NCBI GenBank assembly: GCA_965219915.1
Contig: OZ244794.1
Coordinates: forward strand, 1,052,790 to 1,116,789
Length of the DNA: 64,000 nucleotides
DNA from: Rhodothermales bacterium
GTDB lineage: Bacteria > Bacteroidota > Rhodothermia > Rhodothermales > Bin80
Direction: 5' to 3'
Shown: piece after piece, positions 10,267-20,513 of the stretch
Layout: every line of letters starts with the position of its first letter
Position numbering within the stretch: position 1 is the stretch's first letter
Notes under the pieces: generated by a model
Databases searched by the model: none
The model's input: the letters and a program-made list of their open reading frames with translations, nothing else
Told to the model about the DNA's origin: nothing
Program-made: the position numbers and the translations under genes

Positions 10267-11712
10267 TTGGTTGTTGACCGCAGCCAAGATGTTCTGGACG
10301 ATAGCGGCCGCGGTATGGTTACCGTGCGTGATCTGGAGGGCTCGGTGCAGTACCGGATCGGACCACACGAGCATATTCCGCTATGGGGGACCATTTTCAT
10401 GCAGGGGATCCGCTTCGACGCGCAAGGCAATCTTTACCTGGCCGGCACGTACAATGACACGCTTTACTTTTCGCCGGATGTGGTTCTGGCTCCATCCAGA
10501 AGTTTCCACCACCATACATGGGATGTATTTGTGGCCAGCTACGCGCCGGACGGCATAGTACGCTGGGCACACCAGGTAGAAGGCGGCACGGGCGACCTGT
10601 GGATTTCGAACGGGCGGTTTGGCAGGGCGGCCTTTGACGTGGATGCAGCAGGCAATGTGGTGCTTGGGGCCGTCGCCGATGGCATACCGCCTCCTGCATT
10701 CAGCGCTGCGGAAGACGGCGCCGTGCTGGCGCATTACAGCAGCAGCGACGGCGCGCTGCAACGCATTCAAACGCTGAACGATCTGGGAATCTCCTACATC
10801 CCTTCATTCAGTACGCTGCGGAATCATATGGGGCCGATTTACCGCGGCTTTGCGGGCGATTACGTGGCGACTCCGAAAAGCATTCGTCTTGACAGGAGCG
10901 GGAATATGTACGCGCTCTGGCGCAAGACGACAGCTGAGGCCGCCCTATTCAATTCGCTGACGGTTGGCGATACGACGCTGCACCGCCGGGAGGAGGCCCA
11001 TATTTATGCGCTGACGAAGTTTGATGTGCAGGGAACATTGTTGTGGGCCCGGAGGCTGGACAGCCATTATGTGTTGTCTTCGGCCGGTATGAAGGTCGCA
11101 GAGAATGGCCACGTATATGTGGGGGGATTATTCCGGGGGCGTTACGCCGAGTTCGAGGGAGTGCGGTTGACGCAGGAAGAAGCCGAGGGTCTCGACGGCT
11201 TCGTGGCGCACTACGACGAAAGCGGCCATCTCGTGCGGGCGCTCCATCTGGAGACCACCGGAGACACGGGGGATTATATTAAAACGCTGGCGATAGGGGC
11301 TTCGGGAGACGTATATGTAAGCGGCAGCTTCGGGGCCGATCAGGCGATTCTGGGCGCGGATACGCTGTACGCCCGGGGCAAAGGCAACCTGTTCATCGCC
11401 AAATACGGTGCCACGCCCCTGTCGTCAGAGCCCTCGGTTGAAGTCCCCTCCGAAGAGATCAAGGTAGCGAATTATCCCAATCCGTTCCGCCAACGGGTGA
11501 CCATCGAGTACCGCGCGCCGGCGCCGGGGCATGTCCGGCTGACGCTGTACGACATGCTTGGACGCGAGCTGGCCGTGCTTGTGGACGAACGGCAAAGCGC
11601 CGGATCGCACTTCGCAAAGCTGGATGCGTCCAGTTGGCCGGGCGGCGTATACCTGTACCGCCTCGAGGCTGGCAATCGGGTCGCAACGGGTCGGCTGGTG
11701 CGTCACAAATAA
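10267..11712 (+). CDS. 5'-truncated beta-propeller T9SS substrate, paralog of 12156-14027
   Basis: SBBP-like repeats (FDAQGNLYLAG, DAAGNVV) and NYPNPF CTD. No signal peptide. Homology to the paralog starts at about 10310. Confidence 0.8.
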   Translation: MVVDRSQDVLDDSGRGMVTVRDLEGSVQYRIGPHEHIPLWGTIFMQGIRFDAQGNLYLAGTYNDTLYFSPDVVLAPSRSFHHHTWDVFVASYAPDGIVRWAHQVEGGTGDLWISNGRFGRAAFDVDAAGNVVLGAVADGIPPPAFSAAEDGAVLAHYSSSDGALQRIQTLNDLGISYIPSFSTLRNHMGPIYRGFAGDYVATPKSIRLDRSGNMYALWRKTTAEAALFNSLTVGDTTLHRREEAHIYALTKFDVQGTLLWARRLDSHYVLSSAGMKVAENGHVYVGGLFRGRYAEFEGVRLTQEEAEGLDGFVAHYDESGHLVRALHLETTGDTGDYIKTLAIGASGDVYVSGSFGADQAILGADTLYARGKGNLFIAKYGATPLSSEPSVEVPSEEIKVANYPNPFRQRVTIEYRAPAPGHVRLTLYDMLGRELAVLVDERQSAGSHFAKLDASSWPGGVYLYRLEAGNRVATGRLVRHK

Positions 11713-11819
11713 ATTGCGGCCCCAGCTTCTGCCCAGCGAGATCTACCACGCCGAACACCGATGCGCTGCGGACGGTGTCCGCGCCAGCCGCTTATTCCGC
11801 AAGCCAGAGCCAGAGTAAA

Positions 11820-12140
11820 CTCCGAGCGTCAAGTCTGGTTGTACCGGAAGCGCTCCAGACCGATGAGCCGGTAACGTTTGCAACGGAGCTGCGCGGCGTG
11901 TATCCGAATCCGTTCAATCCTGTAACCACCGTATCGTATGCGCTGAAGGAAGAGGATTAGGTGAGCCTGGTTGTCTATAACGTGCTGGGCCAAAGAGTCG
12001 CGGTGCTGGTGGATGGCGTACAGGCAGCAGGAGAACACACCATTGCTCTCGATGGGAACCGGCTGCCCAGCGGGCCGTATTTTTTGCGTATGGAAACGTC
12101 GGCCTATCGGCAAACCCGCATGATGATGCTGGCCAAGTAG
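11820..12140 (+). pseudogene. Orphan T9SS C-terminal domain remnant
   Basis: [42 protein letters not shown]...LPSGPYFLRM...MMMLAK*, with an in-frame TAG at 11958-11960. Confidence 0.8.
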
Positions 12141-12155
12141 GCACAGGACCACCAG

Positions 12156-14027
12156 TTGCCCCCTACATTGATGCAATCACAGCGATCAAGCCTGCTGATA
12201 CCGGGATTGGTTGTACTGCTGCTGGTGCACGCACCGGCGGAAGCGCAGTCCTTTGGACCGGCGATGTGGATCCGGCAGGCCTGGATCGCAGGGGACGACT
12301 TCATTCCCATGGATATCGCCATTGGCCCGCACGAAGAAGTCTTTGTGACCGGCCTGCTGAGCAGGGGAAGAGATGCCTGGTTTGAGGCTTCGGCGGATTC
12401 AGCAGACATCCGCATGCTGGACACGCCACTCGGTGGTGCCGGGTTTCTGGTTCGATACGATGGTGGGACAGGACGTTTGGGATTCGTGCAGCCAGGAAGC
12501 GTGCTCCCTGTTGAGCCCCCGTCCATTGCCAGTGATTACAGCACCGGCCACGCCGTTGCCGTGGTTGATGGTCGTCTGTTCCATGGCGAAGGTCTCGGAC
12601 GAAATGTGGGTTACCGGACGGGCTCGGGCATGGTTACCGTGCGTGATCTGGAGGGCTCGGTACAGTACCGGATCGGACCACGCGAGTATAGGCCTCTAGC
12701 GTGGACCATTTTCATGCAGGGGATCCGCTTCGACGCGCAGGGCAATCTCTATTTGGCTGGCACGTACAATGACACGCTTTACTTTTCGCCGGATGTAGTT
12801 TTGGCTCCGTCCAGAAGTTTCCACCACCATACATGGGATGTATTTGTGGCCAGCTACGCGCCGGACGGCATGGTACGCTGGGCACACCAGGTAGAAGGCG
12901 GCACGGGCGACCTGTGGATTTCGAACGGGCGGTTCGGCAGGGCGGCCTTTGACGTGGATGCAGCAGGCAATGTGGTGCTCGGGGCCGTCGCCGATGGCGA
13001 ACTACCTCCTTCTTTAAGCGCTGCGGAAGACGGCGTCGTGCTGGCGCATTACGGCAGCAGCGACGGCGCGCTGCCACGCATTCAAACGCTGAACGATCTG
13101 GGGATCTCCTACATCCCTTCATTCAGCACGCTGCGTAATCATATGGGGCCGATTTACCGCGCCTTTGCGGGCGATTACGTGGCGACTCCGGAAAGCATTC
13201 GTCTTGACAAGAGCGGTAATGAGTACGTTTTGTGGCGCAAAACGACAGCTGATGTCGCCTTATTAAATTCGCTGACGGTTGGCGATACGACGCTGCATCG
13301 CAGGCAGGAGGCCTATATTTATGCGCTGACGAAGTTTGACGCGCAAGGGACGTTTTTGTGGGCCCGGAGGCTGGACAACCATTATGTGTTGTATCCGGGC
13401 GGCATGGAGGTTGCAGAGAATGGCCACGCATATGTGTGGGGAAATTTCTGGGGGCGTTACGTCGAGTTTGAGGGAGTTCGATTGACGCAGGACGAAGCCG
13501 AGGGGTATGACGGCTTCGTGGCGCACTACGACGAAAGCGGCCATCTTGTGCGGGCGCTCCACCTGGAGACCACCGGAGACGGTGAACACTTTATTGAAGC
13601 GTTGGGATTGGGGGCATCAGGAGACGTATATGTAGGCGGCAGATTCAGGGCCGATCAGGTGATTCTGGGTGCGGATACGCTGTACGCCCGGGGCGAAGGC
13701 AACCTGTTCATCGCCAAATACGGCGCCACATCCCTGTCGTCGGAGCCCTCGGATGAAGTCCCCTCCGGGGAGATCAAGGTTTCGAACTATCCCAATCCGT
13801 TCCGCCAAAGGGCGACCATCGAGTACCGCGTGCCGGTGCCGGGCCATGTCCGGCTGACGGTATACGACGTGCTTGGACGCGAGCTGGCCGTGCTCGTGGA
13901 CGAACGGCAAAGCGCCGGATCGCACTCAGCAAATCTGAACGCGTCCAGTTGGCCGAGCGGCGTATACCTGTACCGCCTGGAGGTCGGCAATCAGGTTGCC
14001 ACGGGCCGGCTGGTGCGCCGGAAATAA
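12156..14027 (+). CDS. Secreted beta-propeller (SBBP-like) protein with T9SS CTD
   Basis: Signal peptide (LLIPGLVVLLLVHAPAEAQ), propeller repeats, and NYPNPF...YDVLGR...SGVYLYRL CTD. Confidence 0.88.
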   Translation: MPPTLMQSQRSSLLIPGLVVLLLVHAPAEAQSFGPAMWIRQAWIAGDDFIPMDIAIGPHEEVFVTGLLSRGRDAWFEASADSADIRMLDTPLGGAGFLVRYDGGTGRLGFVQPGSVLPVEPPSIASDYSTGHAVAVVDGRLFHGEGLGRNVGYRTGSGMVTVRDLEGSVQYRIGPREYRPLAWTIFMQGIRFDAQGNLYLAGTYNDTLYFSPDVVLAPSRSFHHHTWDVFVASYAPDGMVRWAHQVEGGTGDLWISNGRFGRAAFDVDAAGNVVLGAVADGELPPSLSAAEDGVVLAHYGSSDGALPRIQTLNDLGISYIPSFSTLRNHMGPIYRAFAGDYVATPESIRLDKSGNEYVLWRKTTADVALLNSLTVGDTTLHRRQEAYIYALTKFDAQGTFLWARRLDNHYVLYPGGMEVAENGHAYVWGNFWGRYVEFEGVRLTQDEAEGYDGFVAHYDESGHLVRALHLETTGDGEHFIEALGLGASGDVYVGGRFRADQVILGADTLYARGEGNLFIAKYGATSLSSEPSDEVPSGEIKVSNYPNPFRQRATIEYRVPVPGHVRLTVYDVLGRELAVLVDERQSAGSHSANLNASSWPSGVYLYRLEVGNQVATGRLVRRK

Positions 14028-14127
14028 GTTGCGGCCCGGCGATATCTACCGCACCGAGCGCTCCCAAAACAGTAAAAGCACGGGAGGCACAAGGCAGTAA
14101 TCATGCCTGGCGCCGCGTATGAGCGGG

Positions 14128-14652
14128 CTACCGCACCTGAGACCACTTGCTCTCTATTGAACTGACGACGCCTTCAAAGAAACGGCCGGCACTTAGACGC
14201 CCATGCAGTAACGCGAATTTCTCGTCCGACACCTCTGGTAGGTCCTGGCGTGTGCATTGACGAAGAATCTCGCCTTTGTAGTCCGACAGCTTGAAAATAG
14301 ACAGGCACTGCACATCTGGCACATGGTGCTGGTTGTGGTCGTAGGACAGGTCTCTGTACAGATGTATCGTGGCGTCGGTGATCTTCTCCACGCGCAGTCC
14401 AGCTTTCCCGGGGGCGGGGGTTGGCTGTGTGCGCACCATGAAGTGCGCAAATACGATGTCGCCGCTCCGCAAGTTGGCGGTCTCTCCCAACTGTGACTCG
14501 AAGTAGTTATGCTTGTTCTTCCCGTAGTTGGTGATCGGGAACTTGACGCTGACCACCCCCAACACTCTGTAATCTCGTAGAATGGCCACATCCACCTTTT
14601 TGCGGTAGTACTTCCCGTCCACGCGGGTCTCCCGCTGCTTCGGGCGGTCCTG
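14128..14652 (-). pseudogene. 5'-truncated paralog of the 1-417 restriction endonuclease
   Basis: DNA 14401-14652 closely matches about 1-255. The N-terminal ~50 codons are missing. Confidence 0.8.
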
Positions 14653-14832
14653 TTCCTCTTCTTACTGTACTCGGTTCTTTGGGTTTTGGCGGTGGCGGAG
14701 TTGGTGATATGGGCAATCCTTTCTTTGGCATCTCGGTAGTTTGTAAGGGTCTAGGTTAGAGTTATGCCCGACAGAGATCGGGTCGTGCATCATTTTGATG
14801 CTTGTCCTGAATGATTCAACGCATTCCTAGAC

Positions 14833-15081
14833 TTACGCTTGGGGCCGGGATTTCGGCTTTGGCTTTTCGCCTTTCAGGGTGCTCAGCATCGCTTCGCGCA
14901 TCGTCATCCGGCCGTAGCGCGGGTTCGCTACCGGCTTGTCCAGTATCGTGTAAGCCTCTGAACGTTTTTTGCTCGGACGGGGCGTGGAGTGTTTTTGTTT
15001 GGTCATTCGGCTTATAATGAGTTCTGTAAGCTCGCTTGCCTGATCACAAGTTAATCTCTTCTTCCGCAACAGTCGAGCCAC
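14833..15081 (-). CDS. Small basic hypothetical protein
   Basis: Short ORF (KPVANPRYGRMTMREAML). No family recognised with confidence. Confidence 0.3.
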   Translation of the reverse strand: MARLLRKKRLTCDQASELTELIISRMTKQKHSTPRPSKKRSEAYTILDKPVANPRYGRMTMREAMLSTLKGEKPKPKSRPQA

Positions 15082-15284
15082 GCGTGTATATTGGAGTTGG
15101 CCTGCTTACTCAGCCATTAGGATGAGGTTGAGGTGCTACGCGGGCAGGGTAGTTCATTGCTATCAAACCCCTCCGGGCGGTTAGTGTTGTGATGTGTCTC
15201 CTTCATGATACGCATATCACACGTATACGTTATGACTTTTGTTGTAATTTACTAGCATGAATCGGTTACGATCGTTCTGTTTCC

Positions 15285-16682
15285 ATGCTTAAACCGCCTA
15301 TGCCCCGCATATTTCTTTTGATACTGGGCGTCCTTTTATCCGCTTCTATTTGCCTTGCACAGGGAGGTGATTCGAGTAATACTCGGATTGTTTACCAGCA
15401 TGAGAATGATGCCGTCGCGGTCACGTTTTCTTCGGATGGTTCATTTCTGGCAGCGGTTGTAGAAGAGTCCCAGCGTGCTTCTATTACGTGGTATATCAGA
15501 ATTTGGGATATGAATACGATGCAAATTGTGAGGTCTTATGAGCGACATTTGGCATCAGGTGTAGCTTTTTCTCCAAATGATTCACTGATTGCTTTCGAAT
15601 ATGATCGAAGAGTTGCGGTGCATGACTGGCGATCAAATTCAGAGACACCAATAGCCGAATTCAGAGTCTTTCCTGTGATCTGGCACGTTGAATTCTCAAA
15701 TGACGGAAAGTATTTACTTGGATCGAATGCACGGCCGAACGCTACTGTATATGTGTGGGATACCGCCACATGGACAGAACTTCGCCAGATTAACGTCGGA
15801 GCAGAATTGCCTGTAGGAGGTATTCATGGAGAGGCTTTTACTATATCACCTGATGGACGGTATTTTGCTTCCGCTACCGATGGGAGTACGCTCCCCATCT
15901 ACGAGATAGAGACTGGTAATCTTGTTTGCTCGGTTGATCTTCCTGTAAAGGATAATTCGAGCAGAGGAACCAGAACAGCATCAGTAGATTACTCGCCTGA
16001 TGGGACTCAGATTGCGATAGTAACAGGTGATATTCCGGATTTTCGACTTCATTTTGATTATGACTGGATTAGATTTATTGATGTCAATGCCTGTATTGTG
16101 AAAGCAGAGATCGAGTATCCTGTGGAACGCGTCCATCTAAGCAGAGTGAGATTCATAGACAGCGACCGGATCATTGTGGGTAGCAGTACGTCATCTGCAC
16201 GTACCCGGACAGAGAGTATAACAATCTGGGATATTCATGAAAGAAAAATCATAGAGAGGCTTGATCATCCAGAAACTAGGTGGATTGAAGACCTAGATGT
16301 TTCTTCCGATAGCAGACACTTTGCATCGGTGGTTACCAGAAATGATCCTGGCTTGGCTGTCTGGGAGATCCCCCTGATCGTCCGTGCCAGTACTTCAGAG
16401 ATCCCTACTACTACGAAATTCACGATCTCGAATTATCCAAATCCGGTAGCTGACTGGACCACATTTGTGATTGACGCTCCGCCCTCTGCCAAAGCAAGCC
16501 TTCAAGTATTTGATCCGCTTGGCAGGGAAGTCTTGTCAAGGCCGGAGACGTTAATAACATCTTTTCAACAGGAGATGCGAATAGACAATATCAGTCTGGC
16601 GGCGGGCGTGTACATATATCAGATAACCGTTCGGTCCCCAGAGAAGCCTCTGATCTACAGGGGGCAGCTTGTCAAGCAGTGA
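15285..16682 (+). CDS. WD40-repeat beta-propeller with T9SS CTD
   Basis: Signal peptide, FSSDG/FSPND/ISPDG/YSPDG turns with IWD/VWD ends, and NYPNP CTD. Visibly more AT-rich than its flanks. Confidence 0.9.
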   Translation: MLKPPMPRIFLLILGVLLSASICLAQGGDSSNTRIVYQHENDAVAVTFSSDGSFLAAVVEESQRASITWYIRIWDMNTMQIVRSYERHLASGVAFSPNDSLIAFEYDRRVAVHDWRSNSETPIAEFRVFPVIWHVEFSNDGKYLLGSNARPNATVYVWDTATWTELRQINVGAELPVGGIHGEAFTISPDGRYFASATDGSTLPIYEIETGNLVCSVDLPVKDNSSRGTRTASVDYSPDGTQIAIVTGDIPDFRLHFDYDWIRFIDVNACIVKAEIEYPVERVHLSRVRFIDSDRIIVGSSTSSARTRTESITIWDIHERKIIERLDHPETRWIEDLDVSSDSRHFASVVTRNDPGLAVWEIPLIVRASTSEIPTTTKFTISNYPNPVADWTTFVIDAPPSAKASLQVFDPLGREVLSRPETLITSFQQEMRIDNISLAAGVYIYQITVRSPEKPLIYRGQLVKQ

Positions 16683-16709
16683 GACCCTCAGATCGACCTA
16701 AATACAAAG

Positions 16710-17096
16710 GGTTCTACCGCAATTCGTGTGGAATGATTAGTTTTCGAATCCACCGAATCTACACATTTCATGGAACCAGTTCCAGATTCTGCGGTGCGTC
16801 ACAGCTTACAATTAGGGAGTGATTGGAAGATTGATCGGCTGCTTCTGGATGCGGAGGCTGAACGGATAGACATCTACATTTCCCATTCGGGTCGTCCGTT
16901 GGTCTGCCCGAAGACGGGAGAGGCGGGGACGTTGTATGACCACCGTAAGGAGCGGTCTTGGCGGCACCTGGACTGGTTTCAGTTTCGATGTTTTGTCCAC
17001 TGCCGGGTACCTCGGGGCAAGTCTTCCGCGGGGGTGAACACGATCCAGGTTCCCTGGTCGAGTGCTTCGCAGCGCTATACGGAGGCTTTTCATTGA
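16710..17096 (+). mobile_element. ISL3-family element, left end and transposase N-terminus only
   Basis: GGTTCT-type end at 16710. ORF 16770-17096 with CPKTG...YDHRKERSWRHLD...VPR...QVPW (zf-ISL3). Confidence 0.85.
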
Positions 17097-17207
17097 TCCC
17101 TTAAACAAGGGCACCAACATATAATCCACTACCCAGGCAGGTGTGTATACTTTGCCGAATGTTTTAATAACGTCCATGACGCGATCAGGTCTGTTTACGG
17201 GATTCAT
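17095..17207 (-). pseudogene. N-terminal stub of an adenine MTase paralogous to 443-2059
   Basis: FGKVYTPAWVVDYMLVPL versus FGRVYTPRWVVDHMLRPL. ATGA-coupled to the upstream MTase and cut at the ISL3 junction. Confidence 0.75.
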
Positions 17208-18199
17208 CCCTGGATACCATGAAACGGCAACTCAAGGTAAAGGTCAACAATCTCACCTGAATCAAGGCGCTTCATCGCTTGACGTACCTCGCTGTCGCTC
17301 CAGTCATCCATGAAGCGCACGGCTGAAAGGGCCGCGTACTCACGGTTGAGCTCCATGCTTATCCAACGACGACCGAGTGTCTCAGCGACTTGACCCGTGG
17401 TATTGGACCCAGAGAAGATGTCTAAGACGACATCCTCGGGATCGGTGAGGAACTGAATAAAGAAGCGGGGCAGGGCACTGGGAAACCTCGCAGGGTGTCT
17501 TTTTCGTTCCATCATCTTACATCGCCTCAGATAGCCTGAGTTACTTTCCGTGTTCGGAATCTGTAGGAGGTTGGAGGGGATGGCACCGCCGTTGTCCTTG
17601 CCGAACGCCTTGGCGATGTTGTGCCCAGAGGGTCGTGATTTGGGGCGGTAGTACTTCTCGGGATCCTTGAGCAACGCCTTCATACGATCAGAATATGGCA
17701 CCAGGACACGAGTAACATCCGCCTTAGGCTCAGTCGTACGGGAAAACCACCAAACTGTGTTGACAGAGTCCTTGGCGCGGATCTTCCGCTTGTTGACCCA
17801 TTCAATGGGCGATGGCAGCTTCGACGGATTGAACCAGAAAAATTCTTCTGCCAACTCGTAGCCGAGGCGATCACAAAAGTCCACAAGAACGCGGTAATTG
17901 TAGAGCGAGCGCACCGGCTTCCCGCGCTTATAGGCTCCGCCGAGGTCGAGAACAAAACTGCCACTGTCCTTCAGCACGCGGTACGCGGCTTCTCCAAACC
18001 TCCCCAACCACTCGACATACTGATCTTGTTGCTTGTTGCCATATGTCTTCTGTCGTAATAGTGCAAAGGGCGGGCTCGTCAGGATCAAGTCCACGGATTG
18101 GTTCGGCAGATGCGCGAGCAACTCTACGCTGTCCCCGCACAACTGGAGACCGTGCGGCGTTCGATATACCTGTTTATCGCTTGGGAAGTCTAGATTCAT
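17204..18199 (-). CDS. Beta-class N4-cytosine/N6-adenine DNA methyltransferase (M.PvuII-like)
   Basis: LILTSPPF, HPARFP and VLDIFSGSNTTG motifs. ATG 18199 overlaps the upstream stop (ATGA). Confidence 0.93.
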   Translation of the reverse strand: MNLDFPSDKQVYRTPHGLQLCGDSVELLAHLPNQSVDLILTSPPFALLRQKTYGNKQQDQYVEWLGRFGEAAYRVLKDSGSFVLDLGGAYKRGKPVRSLYNYRVLVDFCDRLGYELAEEFFWFNPSKLPSPIEWVNKRKIRAKDSVNTVWWFSRTTEPKADVTRVLVPYSDRMKALLKDPEKYYRPKSRPSGHNIAKAFGKDNGGAIPSNLLQIPNTESNSGYLRRCKMMERKRHPARFPSALPRFFIQFLTDPEDVVLDIFSGSNTTGQVAETLGRRWISMELNREYAALSAVRFMDDWSDSEVRQAMKRLDSGEIVDLYLELPFHGIQG

Positions 18200-19746
18200 C
18201 GTACACCAGTAGTTTCTGAGAGAATTGCATTCGGCTGTAGTTCCCACCGCCGCGCTATCCAGCTCTCAACGAAGGACCACAGCAGCGTAATCGCGTAGTG
18301 GAGTTCGGGGGCTGACTCTTGCAAATCCGCAACAGCACCCACGAGTCGCTCTCTCGGCAGGTGACCAGCTAACCAAACGGCCCAGATGGAGGGTGCATCC
18401 CCGGCAAGTTGTGTCGTGAGCTCTCGAATAGTTTCATCTGAGAGTGCGTCGTGCTGGCGCAGCGCCTCGGCACATCCTGCTGCTATCGCTGGTTCCATTT
18501 CCTGTAATCCTGCAAGGAGTACCGGGATGGCGTCTGAGTTCAGGCTGACGATGCCCTCAAGGGCCTCTTCACGGAGGTTCCGGTCTACATCTCCAAACGC
18601 TCTCACGAGGCGTAAGCACCCCTCTGAACCACCGATGCGACTCAAGCACCAAGCCGCCGCGCTACGTAAGAAGTACGGATGTTGCCCATCGTCCAGGATC
18701 GCGCTCAGCATCCTGATGCATTCATCTGTACCGGCTTCCCCCAGGGAAATCACTGTCTCCAGTCGAATCTGCTGATCTGGGTTTGCCAAGTATGGTGCGA
18801 AGATGTGCCCCGCACTCTCGCCACGGACGGCGACAAGATAAGCTGCCGCCTCCAACCGGATGTAGATGTCCTCTTCCTGGTCGCCCTCCAGACTCGCTAT
18901 ATCCGTCCCAACAGAGTCATTCCGCTGTAGCCTTGCCAACTTCACTCCAGTGAACCGCTGGGTTCGCTCACGGGAATCAAGAAGCTGCGAAAGATGATCC
19001 TCGGGGACTACGCCCGGACAACGCAGATCGCAGTCCTCCTCTGGCCTGACCTTCGACGCCAGGATCTGATGGAGTGCGATTTCTTCGCCCGGGGCTACGA
19101 TGATTCCGAGCTCTTCGGGAACCGTGCGGGTGTGGCGATGACCGTCTCTACTTCGCACGGTCGTGACCCTTTGGCCCGCGATTGATTCTACGACGCCGTC
19201 TCGGCTGGAGAACCAGGCCTTCCATTTGACGCTGGTTTCCGATCCTTCGGTCACCCCCTTTGTTGTCTTGCCGTCCGGGGTCACTGCTCTAAATTGGGCA
19301 ACGCGCACGTAGTTCACCTTCCCTTTGGGATACCACCGTATCCAGTTGCGCTCGTGCCAATAGGACACCGGTTCATGGAGCCGACCGGTGCTCCACCGTT
19401 CATCTTCGTCTGCCTTGCACACAGGGAAGGCGATTATGTCGGCGTTCACCATACCGAAATCCCACGCCCGCTCATGGTCCGAGGAGCTATGGGACATCGA
19501 CAAGTCGGGCTTCGTTTTCGCACGGCTCTCGATGCGAAGTCCGCACACTTGGCAAACGAGGTCTGGAATGCGGACGCGCTTGCGCTTGACATCCTTCCAG
19601 AGTTTAATATCCATCGCGCCCCGTTCTAGTTCGACGACATGGTGCCCCAGCCGTTCCAGATCGTGCGCCACATGTCTGCAGCCCACCGCGCCGAGAGCAA
19701 TCTTCCGAAAGAAGCTGGAATCCGGCTTGAGCGCAAGAGGTGGCAT
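18196..19746 (-). CDS. Putative nuclease domain fused to HEAT/PBS repeats
   Basis: N-terminal IPDLVCQVCGLRIESRAK (PD...ExK-like with CxxC). C-terminal helical repeats (YIRLEAAAYL, QIRLETVISLGE, LRSAAAWCLSRIG). Confidence 0.7.
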   Translation of the reverse strand: MPPLALKPDSSFFRKIALGAVGCRHVAHDLERLGHHVVELERGAMDIKLWKDVKRKRVRIPDLVCQVCGLRIESRAKTKPDLSMSHSSSDHERAWDFGMVNADIIAFPVCKADEDERWSTGRLHEPVSYWHERNWIRWYPKGKVNYVRVAQFRAVTPDGKTTKGVTEGSETSVKWKAWFSSRDGVVESIAGQRVTTVRSRDGHRHTRTVPEELGIIVAPGEEIALHQILASKVRPEEDCDLRCPGVVPEDHLSQLLDSRERTQRFTGVKLARLQRNDSVGTDIASLEGDQEEDIYIRLEAAAYLVAVRGESAGHIFAPYLANPDQQIRLETVISLGEAGTDECIRMLSAILDDGQHPYFLRSAAAWCLSRIGGSEGCLRLVRAFGDVDRNLREEALEGIVSLNSDAIPVLLAGLQEMEPAIAAGCAEALRQHDALSDETIRELTTQLAGDAPSIWAVWLAGHLPRERLVGAVADLQESAPELHYAITLLWSFVESWIARRWELQPNAILSETTGVR

Positions 19747-20513
19747 GATGTGTCAGAAGACTTTCGGTAATAAAGTTCCCTCTTGTTCGCTCTCAGTCAC
19801 TTTGGGCACGGATCGGGGGACAGGGCCTAATTAGGTCTCGCGCTTTCAGTTTGGTTACTGCGGTGGCCCGTGTATCCGTTCACGTTGCATGCATCCCCGC
19901 GCATTCCTTAACATCCGATGCAGTCATTGGTCGCAGTCACGCGGCATCGCGGTTCCATTCCGCTCCACGGTTATTTGTGCTTTCCTCATCAGCCTCTTTG
20001 TGCTATTGTTCCTTTATACCAATATACGGATATATTGCCGCAACGTTGTCTATCTGGCGCGGGATCGCCGCGTCTTATGTCGCCAAAATCGCGGGGGATC
20101 GCATTCCAAGGCGCTCAACTAAACGTGATGCTTCTCAAACCAACACTAACGCGGGTTTTTATTTTTGGGAATTATATCGCAAAGTAACAATTCTTAGTTC
20201 CTTCTTTTCTCTCTTGATTTTCTGCAAAGCTCTCTGTAGCATTGTCTGCAGTATCCACACCACAAAAATCATAGCGTAATCGTATAACTCCCAAATTAGA
20301 TGCACCCAATACTGGGGAATCCCCCTTGTTGTGTGCCACTCCCACTTCCTCGGAGCACAGTACCTTGCACTTTTCATCAGATCTGAACGTTGCCCAAACT
20401 CCACTGCTTCATTACATATCGGAACAATTAAATCCAGAAACTAGTCTAATTGACTGCGCAGCATGGATTCTACCTCAGGCTCCATCCTCATCCGCAACGG
20501 TTAGTAAGTCTGG

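Noticed and set aside
10267-14027. Possible DGR template/variable repeat pair, given the nearby RTs
   Set aside because: Differences are not adenine-specific, the duplication spans ~1.4 kb, and all three RTs are group II intron type and inactivated.
16812-17207. 131-aa ORF as a real gene
   Set aside because: It is a chimera of an MTase stub read into the antisense strand of the ISL3 fragment.
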